Shown here in pieces: positions 48,516 through 62,379 of a stretch of DNA of 64,000 bases. The position numbers and the translations under genes are program-made. Every line of letters begins with the position of its first letter. Positions within the stretch are counted from its first letter, which is position 1. This DNA is from Lama guanicoe. Lineage: Eukaryota. The notes below the pieces were generated by a model. The model was not told the DNA's origin. It did not search any database and saw nothing but the letters and a program-made list of their open reading frames with translations. The stretch covers positions 34,699,723 to 34,763,722 of the forward strand of contig MU057357.1 in the NCBI GenBank assembly GCA_013239625.1, written 5' to 3'.

Positions 48516-51500
48516 GGGATGTCTTTGGAACACACACACAAAATCCAATAATGCGTTATCAGGCCCGTGATAATGGGCTTTCACTTTTTTCCCTTTGAAA
48601 TTATAACAAGTTATTACATCATAATGATATATATTATCATTATATCACATATTTTAAATTTACAGAGATACACATATTCATATATATGCACTGTATATAT
48701 GTATGTCTATATACATATGTGTGTCTCTCTTTCAGTTTAGCTCAAGATCTATCCATCTACCCATATATACTTATCCTGATCTTGGTATAAGAAGGTGACA
48801 CTACTACATTTGTCAAAAAGTTGTGATGGATCATATTAAACTGGAAGCATCCTCTGACCCCCACAGTTTCTTCTGTGACCAATGAGTAACTTGGGTGATG
48901 GAGTAAGGACACAGTGGGTCTCTGGCTGGAAATAAAGATACAGTGTATCTTGGTGCCAAGAAAACCGATATGTTCAACTGAATGAACATGAACTTGGTCT
49001 CATTAACTTCAATGATATAAATCAACTGTGACAACCATTCGGTCACTCATGAAACATTTACTGAAGGTCCACTCTGTGTTAATCCCTAAAGATAAAGTGA
49101 GTAAGATATAGGATTTGCCCAATATAGATTGGGTTTGTAACTGATCTAGTCACATTTAATGTTTTGTATATTACCTGTGGAAATGATATATATTCATACT
49201 TTTTTTATAAACCAATGTATGCCGAGAATTTTTTAAAGTTTTAGTTTTTAGTTATAAACTGTAATGATTCTCATACATCACTCCTTTTTACCTTATGAAA
49301 AGTGTATCTTTCTAGGTGGTCCTTTATATGACCCAGAGTATATACTAATATGTATTTATTTGTATTTGCTTCAAAGTTTTATAGATTATTGTACTTTATA
49401 TCAATTCTTTTGATTCTAAGAAAAAAGGAATATTTGCAATCACCAACAAATACTAAAAAATAAATGTAAAAACTCTCCATGTCTATGTATATGAGCTGAA
49501 TTTTAGAAGAATTAGAAGAAAAATGCTGTTATTCCAACTATGAGGTTTTTGCCTTGATTCATTTATTTTTTCCCTCTCAAACATTACAGGTCACAGATGC
49601 TGTAGATGTGACCAAACACGGAAGGTTGCCTCCAACTAAAACTATCTGAGCATGACTATTGCGTTGCTACCTTTCACAGCCTGTAACGATCATTTACTCA
49701 ACAATAAGCTTATGTAATGACAGGTTTTTCTGATCAGTCCTAAGTACATTATAGGAGCCAGAATATGATATTCATATATTAATGAAAATTATTTTTAAAA
49801 AACACTAGCTTCTATTAGTTTATTTAGTGAATATCTGAAATATGTAAGGACAGACAATAATGTTATTTATTACGCTAATTAGTTAAATACCTGATTTTTT
49901 TTAAAAAGCTAATCGCATTGATTTTAAATACTAAAGATTTGGTTATTCATTTACATACTTATTTAAAACACTGTACAAGGATCCTCAGAAATTAAGTAAT
50001 ATCCCTAGTACTTCAATACCAGTCACTGGGTAGACAGTGAAAATTAAAAGAGATTCCAGGGGCTCATGGGGCTTCTGGTCTGAGGCTGTTACTCAGCCCC
50101 AGGTGCTTGTCAGAAGTGCAGGTGTCTGGGCCTTAGTTCAGAAGATACAGCATACGGACGAGGAAACTGCATTTTAAAGAAATCACCCCAGGGGATTTTG
50201 AAGTACATTCTCAAGTCTCATTTTGATGGATAGTCTTTTTGAACAATTTTTTGAAAGGTTTATCAGATCATCATTATTCTACTTAAAACCACCCAACAGG
50301 CACCTGCTGAATTTAAAGCCTTCCATACTCCTTGGCATAGCTCCTGCCTTCCTCTGTAACCTCTTCTGGCCAAGCTTTCCCTGCTTGGTAAAGCTGTGAT
50401 TTTCCTGGCTTGCTCTGCTTCTGAAAGCCAGCAACCTCATACTGTGCTCAGGGCCTTTGCAACTGTGTTAGCCTGGTGGACATTCACAGTGCTAGAAACT
50501 ACATATCACTGGGGGAAGGGGCTGGAAGTTACATGTTCCCAGTCTTCACCTATTTCAGCCAATCAATCCACATTATTAATTATTCATTCACAAATACATC
50601 AGCTATATGGCAAGTACTGTTCTAGCCAAGCATGAAAAGACAGAAAAGGTCCCTACTCTTGAGTTAATATTCAGTCATAGGAGACGGGCAGTAGAGAAGT
50701 TAGGAAATGAACAGACTAACTGAAAATCCAATAGTGATGTAACCACGAGACTGACTGACTGAATGAATGAATTCTGTTGCTTTACTCATGATGCAGGTGA
50801 TCGGTATTCCTCCATGTGGCTACTTAAATGCTCTGCCTCAGTTACTAAGAATCTGCAAGTCCAACTCCTCTTAGGATCGCTTTCCCTTATACACAGCCCT
50901 CTCTGGTAGGATGTAAAAGGGCTCTAGGCTAGAACTTTCTCCTGTGACCATTATCCACCTGGTCCAGAGGAAGCACTTGTGTGTTCTTTGTCATAATAAA
51001 TTCTGGGGGTCCAGATTGTTCCCGACTCAGCCTCTTCTTCCTGCTTGTCTGTTAGAGCAGCTGGTCTTTTGCCTTTAGACATCTCTAGGGATGAGTCTGT
51101 GTCCTACAATTTGAGGGGACAAAGGTCAGGATTCCTGCATAGTTTTATCCAAGTCTCTGCAGCAATCAAAAGAGAGGGGGATACGCTGCCCCCCTTCCCT
51201 CTTTACTGTATATATTTTGGGAGAGCAACACATAGCACACCAGCAATTCTCTCTGAAAAAATAATTTCTAATCTCCACTATCTCTTTTGACTCCTCCAAA
51301 CAATTTTATAGACTGTAGGTTGGTGGTTAACCAAGAGTTGCAAAAGCAAGTTGTCCACCTCCTTGGAAAGTCTGGTGTAGGTGGCCTAGTGCCTCCCTTC
51401 AGAATATTGGGGGGTCCTTCACCTCTCATTTTTGAACTCAGCTAAAACTTAGGTCGGGAGTCCCCGTTTAAGGTCTTGTAACTATAATTAGTGCAGTGCA

Positions 51501-52504
51501 GAAAATTAAAATAAAGCAATGCACCAGAATCAGTGGACAGCTCCTTCAGAGTGGATGGTTCAGGAAGGCTTCTACTGACAGGAAAGGATGGGCCATGGCG
51601 GGCTCAGGGGAAAGGTCACATTTTGAACACAGAGTAAAGAACAAGTGAGGAAGTCCTAAGGCAGGAAAAAATGACTTAAGAGTGGTCACGAAACAGAAGT
51701 AAATAAAAAGAGGAATCAAAGCTCAGTCCTCAATATCACCAACTGAGTCCCGGCTAGACATTATAAAGACAAAGGAAAAGTAGAAAAGTGGGGTCCTGTC
51801 TCTTTACTAGGAGTCCCGTAGCTTGACATCAGGCCAAGACTTTTCAGCTCATTCCAGCAAATTTCGGCACAACATATGGCTACTGGATTATCAGGTTCAA
51901 ATGCTCACTTCTTGAAACTTAAACATTCTATTCAGTCATTTAAATTGTTTAAATTCAGGCCATTTCCTGTGCCTCTTCCTTTGCCACCGGAACAGCTGTT
52001 TTGGTTAAGAGTCTGACTTTATTATGTGCTTGAATTTCAGCCTTGATCGATAAGGTAAGGGATTACACAGAGTCCTCTGTGCTTTAAAATGGCCTAAAAT
52101 TGTGTAATGGTCAACAAATGACTCAAAGAGGAAAGTGAAGAATTTCGTTTTAGACTTTCAAGAGTGGGGAGCTCAGATGGGGTTGTGAACAATCCCGGAG
52201 GAGCCCGTGCTCTCTCTGAAGCTGCGCCTCCTGCAGGGAACGTCACTAAGAATACACATGTCTATCTGTATTCAGTCAGGTGAGTCAGAGGCAAGGCTGG
52301 GGAGGAAAGCCATAGAGATAAAGGAATTGAGTTCAATGTGCACAAAGTGTGATGAGTAAAGAGGAAGTCCTAAGATTTCATGAGTTCAAGAGAGCATCTT
52401 TATCTTCTCCTAGTTTGTCAGAATGTGGCCAAATGAGGAACCCAGGAAAAGTTCATGGGACCTGGAGAAAGGATGGAAAGCAGAAATATTAGATGTTGAA
52501 ACAC

Positions 52505-52730
52505 TGCATTGGGGCACGGTGGTTAAGGGCACAGGCTCTGGAGCTAAACTGCCTGGGTTAAGCCTGGTTTCTCTCTGACAAGCTGTGCAACCACCGAGTC
52601 ATTTATCCCTCTGTGCCTCAATTTCTTATCCTGTGAATGGGGATGATAATGCTGCAGATTTCCTAGTCTTGGAAGCCAGGAAAATGAGTGCATATGTAGG
52701 GAGCATCTAGAACAGGGTGTGCACTGCGTA
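52505..52730 (+). mobile_element. MIR SINE
   Basis: GTGGTTAAGGGCACAGGCTCTGGAGC...CTCTGTGCCTCAATTTCTTATC-TGT-AATGGGGATGATAAT. Confidence 0.85.
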
Positions 52731-53789
52731 AGCAGGATTCAACCTAGGTATTAGGGGCCCTTGGGATCATACTGAGGTGGCTTCCCCAAGTACACGTGCA
52801 AAAGTGAGACTAGTGGACAGGATCCTTTGACAGCTGTTATCTATATAGGTGATCTATACAGGTGATCTGTTTAGATGATCTGTATAGAACCAGCATTTCT
52901 GAGATGGAATTCAATCAGAAACGAGGCTCACACGTGGTAGTGGATGATAAAATAAAAGGCTCAAATAGGATTATGTTAACCGGGACAAACAGAAAAGAGA
53001 GAGGACTGCAAAAAAGTCTTGGATGAAAGCAAGCAGGAGAGGAGCCACAAGGCTGAAAGGAAGAGTCGAATGGACAGGTTCAGGGTTAGTAGAGGACAAA
53101 GGGTATGAAATCATTCAAGATGCAGATGCTAAGACAGTGACTATATTAAATAAATAAATAGATAAGTGGGTGGGTAGACAGAAAAGATCTAATTCTTTTG
53201 AGTGCTTCTGGTAAGTGAAATGAATCAGTTTTGGTTACAGATGTAAACATGGGAGGAAAAAAGAAATGATATGTTGAAACTGACAGACTGATTGTTTCAA
53301 AAAGATGAAATGTGTTATAGTATCACCCACTGAGAGCGCAGCCACACCCTGGGGAAGTAAGCGCTATCTGTTCTCAAAAAATTCATGGAGATTTGAAGGG
53401 TTAATGTAGAAAAGGGTGTTATCGGTGACAGGAGGCTCTGGTATTCTTCCTAATAACCAAGGCACAGACCAAACATGCTGCTCCAAGCATAAGGCTAAGA
53501 TGGTAAATTTGAAAGAAATGGCTAAGTTGTGTCTGCCGCATCTTTATGTGCTCAGTTTAAACTGAGTCAAGTGAAAAATCCTGGCTGATCAGCTTTCACA
53601 GCTGCTGGCTTTGCCATGGGGAGCAGCTGCTGCTGGTGCCAAGTGAAACACTCACACAGGATGCCAACAGGCGGGGTGTAACTCAGGGCAGGGCACAGAC
53701 TTCAGATGCAGAGGGCAGAAAGTGGTATGCATAGCAGGAGATGGTATGTCAGGTTTCTGAATTGGTACCTTTCTAATTTAATTTAATTG

Positions 53790-54230
53790 TATTATGTATT
53801 TTTCAAATTAAGGTACAATTGATGTACGACAGTGTCAGTGTGCAACATGATTCAATATTTGTATATATTGCAAGAAGTCAAGTTAACACTGTCACTAGAT
53901 ATATGTACAGGATTTTTTTTTCTGGTGCTGAGAACTTTTTAAGATTTACTCTTTCAGCAACTTTCAAATATGCAATACAGTATTATTAACTATAGTTGCC
54001 ACACTGTATATTACACAACATGACTTATGTTGTAACTGAAAATTTGTACCTTTTGACTCCCTTCACCCATTTTGACTGTCCTTTACCCCCCACCCCCACC
54101 TCTGGCAACCATCTATCTGTTCTCTCTATCTATAAGAGCTTGTTTTTTAAGGTTCCATATAGAAGAGAGATCATATAGTATTTATCTTTCTCTGTCTGGT
54201 TTATTTCACTTAGCATAATACCTTCAAGTT
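53790..54230 (-). mobile_element. L1 3' UTR remnant (L1MA-type)
   Basis: AAGATTTACTCT..CAGCAACTTTCAAATATGCAATACAGTATTATTAACTATAG, CCTCTGGCAACCA, TTTCACTTAGCATAAT. Confidence 0.8.
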
Positions 54231-54264
54231 TGGAATGAGTACTCTTTTTAACAGTCAAGACTAA

Positions 54265-54362
54265 TATATATAACTGAATCGCTTTTCTGTACACTTGAAA
54301 CTAACATTGTAAATCAACTACACATTAAAAAAATTTAAAAATACATAAATAAATAAAAGTAA
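54265..54362 (+). mobile_element. L1 extreme 3' end with A-rich tail
   Basis: ATAACTGAATCGCTTT-CTGTACACTTGAAACTAACATTGTAAATCAACTA followed by an A-rich tail. Confidence 0.75.
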
Positions 54363-57300
54363 AATTCCAGATTCCTAAAAAGTGGGGAAAGAGAAGTCAA
54401 GAGCAGAGAAGCATAGATGATGGAAGTATTCTATCAAGCGCTTTGTCAACAAGTAACAAGACACATCAGGCTTGCCTAACTCTCTGCTTGCTTCCTTTGG
54501 GACATGAGTTTTCAGGATTCTTTAAGTTTTAGCATGTGGTCAGATGTAAGTAAAGTCACGCCATCAATACAACTACATTAGCAAAAAAAGACTCGCAACT
54601 TAACCAAGGACAAGAGAGAATGACAGAAGGAGCCAGAGAAATGCTGGCCACCGTTGAAATTATTCACTGTGAGGCTCTCGGTTTTACCATCAAAATGGCT
54701 GATCATTTTAAGATATGTGGCTTTCCTTCCTGGGAACTTGAAGCCAGAACTGGGTTTAGGAGTGGAGATGAACTTAAAAGAAGAAGGGGAACTGGGTGGT
54801 AGTGGAGCTGGAACTAGCTACTGTGTGTTTATGGAGGCTGAACATTCAATGAGGACAGGAAGAGAGATAAGGGAAGATCCAAGCATGATATCTAAGCAGC
54901 AGGTGGAGGGAAAAGCCTAGGATCAGAAGTGATGGATCTGTCATTGGGAGAAGAGCAGAGGCAGGAGACTGGGAGGGCTGGCGAGGGGTGGCCTGGTGGA
55001 TTAGGGAGACTAGAAATGTCTTCAGGGCCAGGGGTAGGTGGAGAGAGCATTCTGGAACAGCTATAGCTAAACCCTCAGCTGGAGAAAGTTTACTAAGGGT
55101 CTATCATGGTTTGGAATGTGTCTTGAGCAAAGTCAGGCCGGAAAGACATTCAGGAAACAGCCACCAAGGATTCCTAAGATAGCAAGATCAAGAGGCAAAG
55201 ATAAGGCGAAAAATCAAGAAACCATCTCATTCTTTTCAAAATTATATCCCTGGATTTAAATGCATACTTACAGAAGCAGAGAGAATTTTAAAAGTTATCA
55301 AAGCCTTCAGAACTTCCAGTGGGTATAATCTAAATTTTCTCTACCTCCCCACAAATAATTATATAAGGCGTAATTTTAAATACACATTTAGGAGAGATTT
55401 GGATATCAATGTATTACAAGAAGCAATTTGGTTAGCAGGAAACTGATTTTCTCTTTATCAGAGCATCTTCAGCTTTATAAAATGCTCTAATTTCTTAAAA
55501 AAAAAAACAAACTCTGGAGAAAATACAGGCTACTTTGCAAGATGAGTCAAGATAATCTGAGTTTGAAAAGTAGGAGGAAAGAGATTGACATGGAGCATGC
55601 ACCCCAGAGGACTGTAAACCAGGGCTTGTCCATGTTTCCAGTTTCAGTTCACATAGGACCTGAGCACCTTGGGGCCAGATCTGCCTACCAGGGAGAGGCA
55701 AGCAAAGTGCAATGAAGTATAAGAAAGTTGAAATCACATTATAAATGAGTCCAAAAATCCTCCAGTTTTGTTTAGCTTGATGCAATGTCAAGAACTCTGC
55801 CTCCTCAGCACTGAGAACTGTTTCTGGGCAATCCTACCCCATTAGGCACAACACAAAACCTGACATCTAATCCAATCCCTACCCTCTGATCTTGTGATCT
55901 AAATAATGCGCCCCAGATTCCTCATATCAAAATCTGCAACATGATTCATGCAAATTAAATTTTAAGACACTGGCAAGTATTACTTCTATAGTCTCAGAAA
56001 TCTGCAGAACATTTTTTTTCAAATCCCTATGAAATGTATTATCTTGGTAGTCTAGAAAATCCAGATGCTCTGACAATAAAAACCACATATTGTTTACTCA
56101 AAATATCATCCTAACCCAGGTTAAGAAGACTTTCCATAAAGTCAGTGTCAAACTGGCCCCCCCCCCCAAAAAAAGCAAAGGAGTACCAAAGCTCAGCTGT
56201 ACTTTAGACACTGACTTAGTGACCTCCTGAAGGAATTTTCATAGAGAAGACTTACAGATGACTGAAGAATTATTGTTAATGTTAATTAAATGGGTGCATA
56301 GATATTTTCTTCAACAAACACAACACTCAAATTAATTTAATAGGAGAGAATGTTATTTCTATAGAATTCCAGAATGTAAGCTTACTTACTAGAGAGAGGA
56401 GATTGCATAGAAGATTGTTAAGGACGCACAAAATATTTCAGAAAGACTGAGCAAAACAAATACTGAGTCAGAGCTGTCACATTTCAGATGCTTTTTTTCT
56501 CACTATCATTCACTCTATTGGTCTTTTATACCAGCTTTTGTTGATATTTTATTTTACTCTCGGTAAGTAATGGTATCAGCATGGTGGAGGTACACACCAC
56601 TTGTAGCTTTGTGTAATTCCCCCATTTTATGAAACAGAATGGTGAAGAAAATCTAATCAACAATGTAATGGTTATTCACATAAAAATACAGAATTAAAGT
56701 AAAAGACATTATTTTCTTCTCAAATGAACTGAAAATGTAAACCTGACAAGTATATGATAAAATCACAGAATCCTGACCCTGCAAATGGTCACAGGCTTTG
56801 CAGGAGATGCTCTGTGTACTCAGCCTAGAGATTCTTTCTATCAGCCACACTGTTACATTGCCAGTATCGTCACCTTTGGCCATGAAGGACGCCAATAAAT
56901 TCAGCACCCTCAGGAAAGCATAATCAAGGTTCATGGACATCCCGTCAAGAAAAGAGATAAAGTCACCAGAATGGGACAGAACAGGCTCTAGGTTTCAGAA
57001 CATTGCATTTTATGATGAGAAAGGGCAAGTAGCTAATAAAACGCAGTGATTATGACATGATTTCCCCAACCATACTTAAGGTAATACCAAGGTTACCCAA
57101 ACCAAATATTTTAACGATTTCACGAAGACCAGAAGGCATTGCTAGATTCCCCAGCTGTAAGAGTTCTAAAATGTAACTATTACATTCAGCTCAACAGGAC
57201 AGTAAAGCAAAAACACTTATTGCTGGTGACATTCCAGGGAACAGTTAAAATTGCTTTATGGCCTCTGGTAATGAGAGTGGACAGCAGTGTAACAATACAT

Positions 57301-57874
57301 AATAAGGTGAGTTTAGTTTTATGTCCTGAGAACAATCTGCTTTACCCTTATGGTTCAATTCTTTAAACTGTTTCTGTTTTAAGTAATTACAAAAGATAGC
57401 TGCCAAGTGACAGTTATAACCACTGGAGCAAATGGACTATGCTGTCGTGTTGTAGTCCACCCCTGAGCACGATTATCTTAGGCTTCTAGGGAATTTAGTG
57501 TAAGTGAAGATGTCACATGAAACAAATGCCTCCTGACTTAACACCAGGCTTACAAGAATCTCCTTAAAGCAAGACCAGCTCAATTTGGTGGCTAGCGGTG
57601 TTTTCCAAAGGGCGGTACATATAACACTGGTGATGTCTGAGTTGCTATCAGGAGACACAAGAAAAATTAGATTTTGTTTTAATAGTTGTATTTTTATTTA
57701 GAGATTAGTACATTAAAATAAATCTAAAGACCACATGAAACCCATGATTTCATGGCTACTGTTGCTTATGATGGGTTTGTTAAAAAAGTTCACATAAAAA
57801 TGTTAAATAGATAATAGTATATGTGGTATGTGGTGGAAAAGGCAAAAACTTTTGAGGTTTGGTGTGTAAATGAC

Positions 57875-58366
57875 TGTGATAGGGAGTTTCCAAGATGGCT
57901 CCATGGGCCTCAACTCCTGGCATTCAGGCCCTTGTATAATCCACCCCCACACACACTGAATAGGGCTGATGTGTAACCAACAGGCTACTGTGGAAATGAA
58001 GGAGTGTGACTTCCAAGACTAGGGCAAAAGTCAACAAGGCTTCATTTTGACCTTTGATTATTTATTCTGAGGGGAGTCAACTGCCATGTTATGAAAAGCA
58101 GCCCTGTGGAGAGTTCCCTGTGCTGAACCACTGAGGCCTCCTGCTAACAGCCAGCAAGGAAATAAGTCTTCTTGTCTACAGCCATGTGAGTGCACTGACA
58201 TCTTGACGGTCACCTCATAAGGCATCACCTCAGAGCCAGAACAACTGCATCCAAGCCACTCTGCAATTTCTGAACCACAGAAACGATGTGAGATAATATA
58301 TGCTTATTGTTGTTTCAAGATGCTAAATACGGGGGCACTTTGTTACGCAGCAACTGATAACTAATA
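57875..58366 (+). mobile_element. MLT1 (E/F-like) MaLR solo LTR
   Basis: TGTGATAG...AAGATGGCTCC...GTGTGACTTCCAAGACTAGG...TTGTTACGCAGCAA-TGATAACTAATA. Confidence 0.8.
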
Positions 58367-59122
58367 ATGGATAAAGAATACCATGACCAAGGTATCCTTG
58401 GTAAGGAATCCCATTTACCATTGCTCAGATACTGCTTTGCTTTCTCTCCTCTTGTCTGAAACTTTCGTGACACAGAGCTGAACTAAGATCTAACAAAAAG
58501 TGTACGTCTTCCTTATGCTTTTTGCTAAGCCCATACATGATACCTCCTATCTGACAAAGTACTTACTATCCCACTCACTCCTGACAATGAGAGGGTTACA
58601 GGCCTTTAACAAAAGCAGACACTGGATCCAAGAAGAATTTAGTGCCTTCCAATAGCAGGCTGGTTTGAGAAGATGTGAACTGAAGTTCTGAATTCCGTAT
58701 GTTAAGTGACCTGCCGTTTCTCTTCTCCCCCGCCCCCCGTTTCTAAAGGGGTCTCAAAGCAGCTGCCATCTCTAAGCTCTGCCTTCACGTGAGATTTTAT
58801 AGTTTTCCTGGGTTCTTAACTGGGTCCATGGTAAATTTACAGTTATTGTTATAGTTGTTATTTATTGCTTTTTTCCTAACTTCAAAAATAAAATGTAGGC
58901 ATTTTTTCTTATTAATTAACTTTCTCCTCATGTCAGCAGAAGCAGGTTGCTTTAAAAAAGTTCCTTACCACATTAATCCAGTTTCTTACCTTCACTCAGA
59001 GGACTTGCTGGGAAGATTCCCATGATGTTGTTATTCCCCCAGATTAGAGAGCAAAGAGCTAGTGGAAAGAGAAAAGGCAGGAAGAAGAATTCAGTTCATT
59101 TTCTGTATTTCCTCACATACTC

Positions 59123-59445
59123 TTTTTTTATTGAAGTATAGTCAGTTACAATGTGACAATCTCTGATGTATAGCACAACATCCCAGTCATACATATACAT
59201 ATAATTTTCATATTCTTTTTCATCAAAGGTTACTATAAGATACTGAAAATAGTTCCCTGTGCTACACAGAAATTTGTTTTTAATCTATTTTTATATATAG
59301 TAGTTAATATTTGCAAATCTCGAACTTCCAAATTTATCCCTTCCCACCTCCTTTCCCCCCGGTAACCATATTATTTACTGTGTCTGTGAGTCTGTTTCTC
59401 TTTTGTAGATGAGTTCGTGAGTGTCTTTTCCTATTTTTTTTTTAA
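59123..59445 (-). mobile_element. L1 3' end fragment
   Basis: TTTATTGAAGTATAGTCAGTTACAATGTG...GTTCCCTGTGCTA...TGTCTGTGAGTCTGTTTCT. Confidence 0.85.
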
Positions 59446-60084
59446 TTTCTCAATTTTTTCTGATCATCAATGGAAGTTTCTTACTAGGTCCTGAGTATGC
59501 ATGTTGAAAATTAATTTGATTTCTACTGTGTTCTGCTAGGTCAGCATTTCCATAATTATATCCCACCATTGGCTGTCTCCCAGATGACTGCTAAAATTAT
59601 ATGTCATGGGATTTAACTACAGACCAGACCACGGTGTTTTTAATCTTCACTAGAATTCCTTCCAAATAACTGAAGAACTAATCATCCTAGCTCTTTTTTC
59701 TTTTCTTTTTTTTTTTTTCTCCAGTTTCTAGTTTGGGCCTTTTCAAATATCTCTCTTGAACAGAATAGAAGTTCCTTTATCTTTACAATTTTCAAGCCAT
59801 TTTTAGTTCATGGTTTTGGGGAAAAGGAACAGGGCTTGTGTTTCTCCATAACCCCATCAGAAGATGATATACATGAGCCAGTCTCACTAATAATCTGCAG
59901 GATATTCTGACCCACAGACACATGACTTACCATACAATAAATGTACTGAATACCTAATTTTATGAATACCTAAATCCCACACTCTCACTTCTTGATTCTA
60001 GCTCAGGAATCACTAAAAAGTACCCACTTCACAAGTAACCCAGATGAAAGCAAGCATTGCTAGAGATGTGAACTAAATTTACCA

Positions 60085-60225
60085 GGAAGGCTAACTTCTA
60101 GTTCTGGTTCTCTGTTTCCAACTGTGACATGGGCGAGTCTCATCACCCTTCAGGCGCCGGTCCCTCACTCCATCTGGAAGACAGAAGGGTTGAACAAATG
60201 ACCAAAGATTACTCCCAGTTCCACA
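60085..60225 (+). mobile_element. MIR remnant
   Basis: TTCTAGTTCTGGTTCT...CTGTGACATGGGCGAGTC...CATCTGGAA. Confidence 0.55.
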
Positions 60226-62379
60226 GGTCTAGCGCCTCGGTGTCAGTGATGGCAGCTCAAGACGCCCACACTTGCTGTGGGCACATGTTCTTCCAGCCAC
60301 TGTCTCCAGGTCCCTGCTCGCTGATGGTCCACAACTGCCATCAGTCATGCCTATTTCTTTTCTTTGCTCTGTCCTCCATTATTATTATTATTATTTTTTT
60401 GGTTCTATTTTGCTTTGGATTCCTCATCCTTTATTTCTCCCTCTAAAGCCTCACCAAGGGAAAGGCAGCATGAGAGAGATTGCTACCTCTTGATAGGAAT
60501 TATGCTCTTCTGAATTCCTTAGAAAACAGACTGGAAAAAGACCTTTCAGGAAAGCTGTCCCCCAGTTATTCTTTATGTGCATACCAGTTCTTTCTGGAAT
60601 GTTCTTTTTTTTAAAATTATGTGGATGTTTGTTGATTTCAAGTCTCCCCCACCAGGATGTACTCTCCATCTGGGTGCCACATCCCCTGCTTCAGCCCCAG
60701 CACTGAGGCCACTGGCAGACAAAACAATAATTGTGGTTGTCTGTATCAACATATATGCTAAATTAATGAGTTGAACCAGAATCTCTTTCAAGGAAATCTG
60801 GCTTTTGAGGGAAGTATGCCCCAAAGACATCAGAACTATTTAGAAAAAGCAGCGGTTCAGACAACAATGTCGTCACATTAAACAGTCCCCAGTGTGATAT
60901 GATGCAGAAATTGAAAAGAAAGAAAAAGTTCCTAGACAGAAGAGTGTCTAGTAAACCTTCTTGAAACAGTTCGCAGCTGTGTGGCATGTGGTATGCCTGG
61001 AAAAACAAACTTAACAAGCACATTTGGGTTGGAGAATCCTGGCTACAATTGTGCTTAGCGTCTCCTTCTGGGTCAGACACAAGGTAAAAATCTTTGGAGT
61101 GCTATTCTTAATGACTGTGCCATCTTAGGTTATAGAAATTCCTCATTAATTTGAATTCTATAAATATAGGCCTTATGAATCTAAATCTTTGTTTTCTGAG
61201 GAGGAGCGGTCTCTAAGAAGAAATATTAAATGAAAGAGAGGGAATATAAATGAAATTTCATGACTGAAGGACTTATTCTACTTTGTAATTTGGTTTAAAA
61301 GAAAGAATGAACCCTTCAATTTCAGTAATTAAATTATGTCTGTGTATTTGACTGGTGTTTTGAAACTGCACTGCTTATTTGTTGATTAAAAAGTCCTTGA
61401 GACCATTATACAAGAGGATACAAATGTAAAAGATTAAAAGGGTTGATAAAAGCTCAATTATTTGTATTCCTTTTATGTAAGCCTAACATGTAACGATACG
61501 ACTCACTGAAAAATTACATTTCAGAGAATTCTGCTTTTCCATAAAAAGAAAAAGAATTATCCTAAAGTGCTTCTTGTTTTCTTTGAATATTACTGTTTGT
61601 AAAACTTGTTGCTGTATGTGACTCTCTATTTTTACCAAATAATGAAAGGGTGGTCACCAGATGCAAAATTATTATCTATCACCAAACAATAATGTATACA
61701 ATTGTATCATTTGTTTCATGTGTGCTTTTTTGTTTTCCTCAACATCGTCTGATATGTTCTACTGATTTTATATGATTCTTAGAGTTGCTATATTTTAAAC
61801 TATTAATCTAACAACAGTGAAAAGGGAACTTACTCTTGTTTTAATGTATGATTTTTAATGTTAACTTTTACTTCCTATTGAAGTCTATAATTCTTCTCCA
61901 ATTGGTATGTTCTTCAGCACTATTTTGATCCTTCACTTTTTCAGACTACAAATTTAATTATTTAAAACATATACGAAAAAACAAGTATTTAAAAATGCTC
62001 GAGAAATGTAAAAGTGTCAAACTACTCCTCGCTGTGAGCAAACTCATCAACACTATTCAGCCCTCAGAAAACAGCAAGAAAGCACAATAGCCTTGAGAAA
62101 GAGGCTGAAGACCCCATCTTCCCTTCTATAAGCATAAAAATAAACTCCTAAAATGCTCTGCAGGACCAAGGGTCCTTGATTCACCTTTCTAGTACCCCAT
62201 GTTCCCCTGATAAGTCAGGTACAAATTTTGACACTCTAGATTCAATGTAGATTTAACTTATCCCCCAAACAACACATTTCTTATTTTAATGGGTATGTTA
62301 GAAGAATTCAATCATTTCTATGCTGATAAAATGACTGATGGCTGGCTACCACAATATTAAATCTGCCTTTCATGATATC

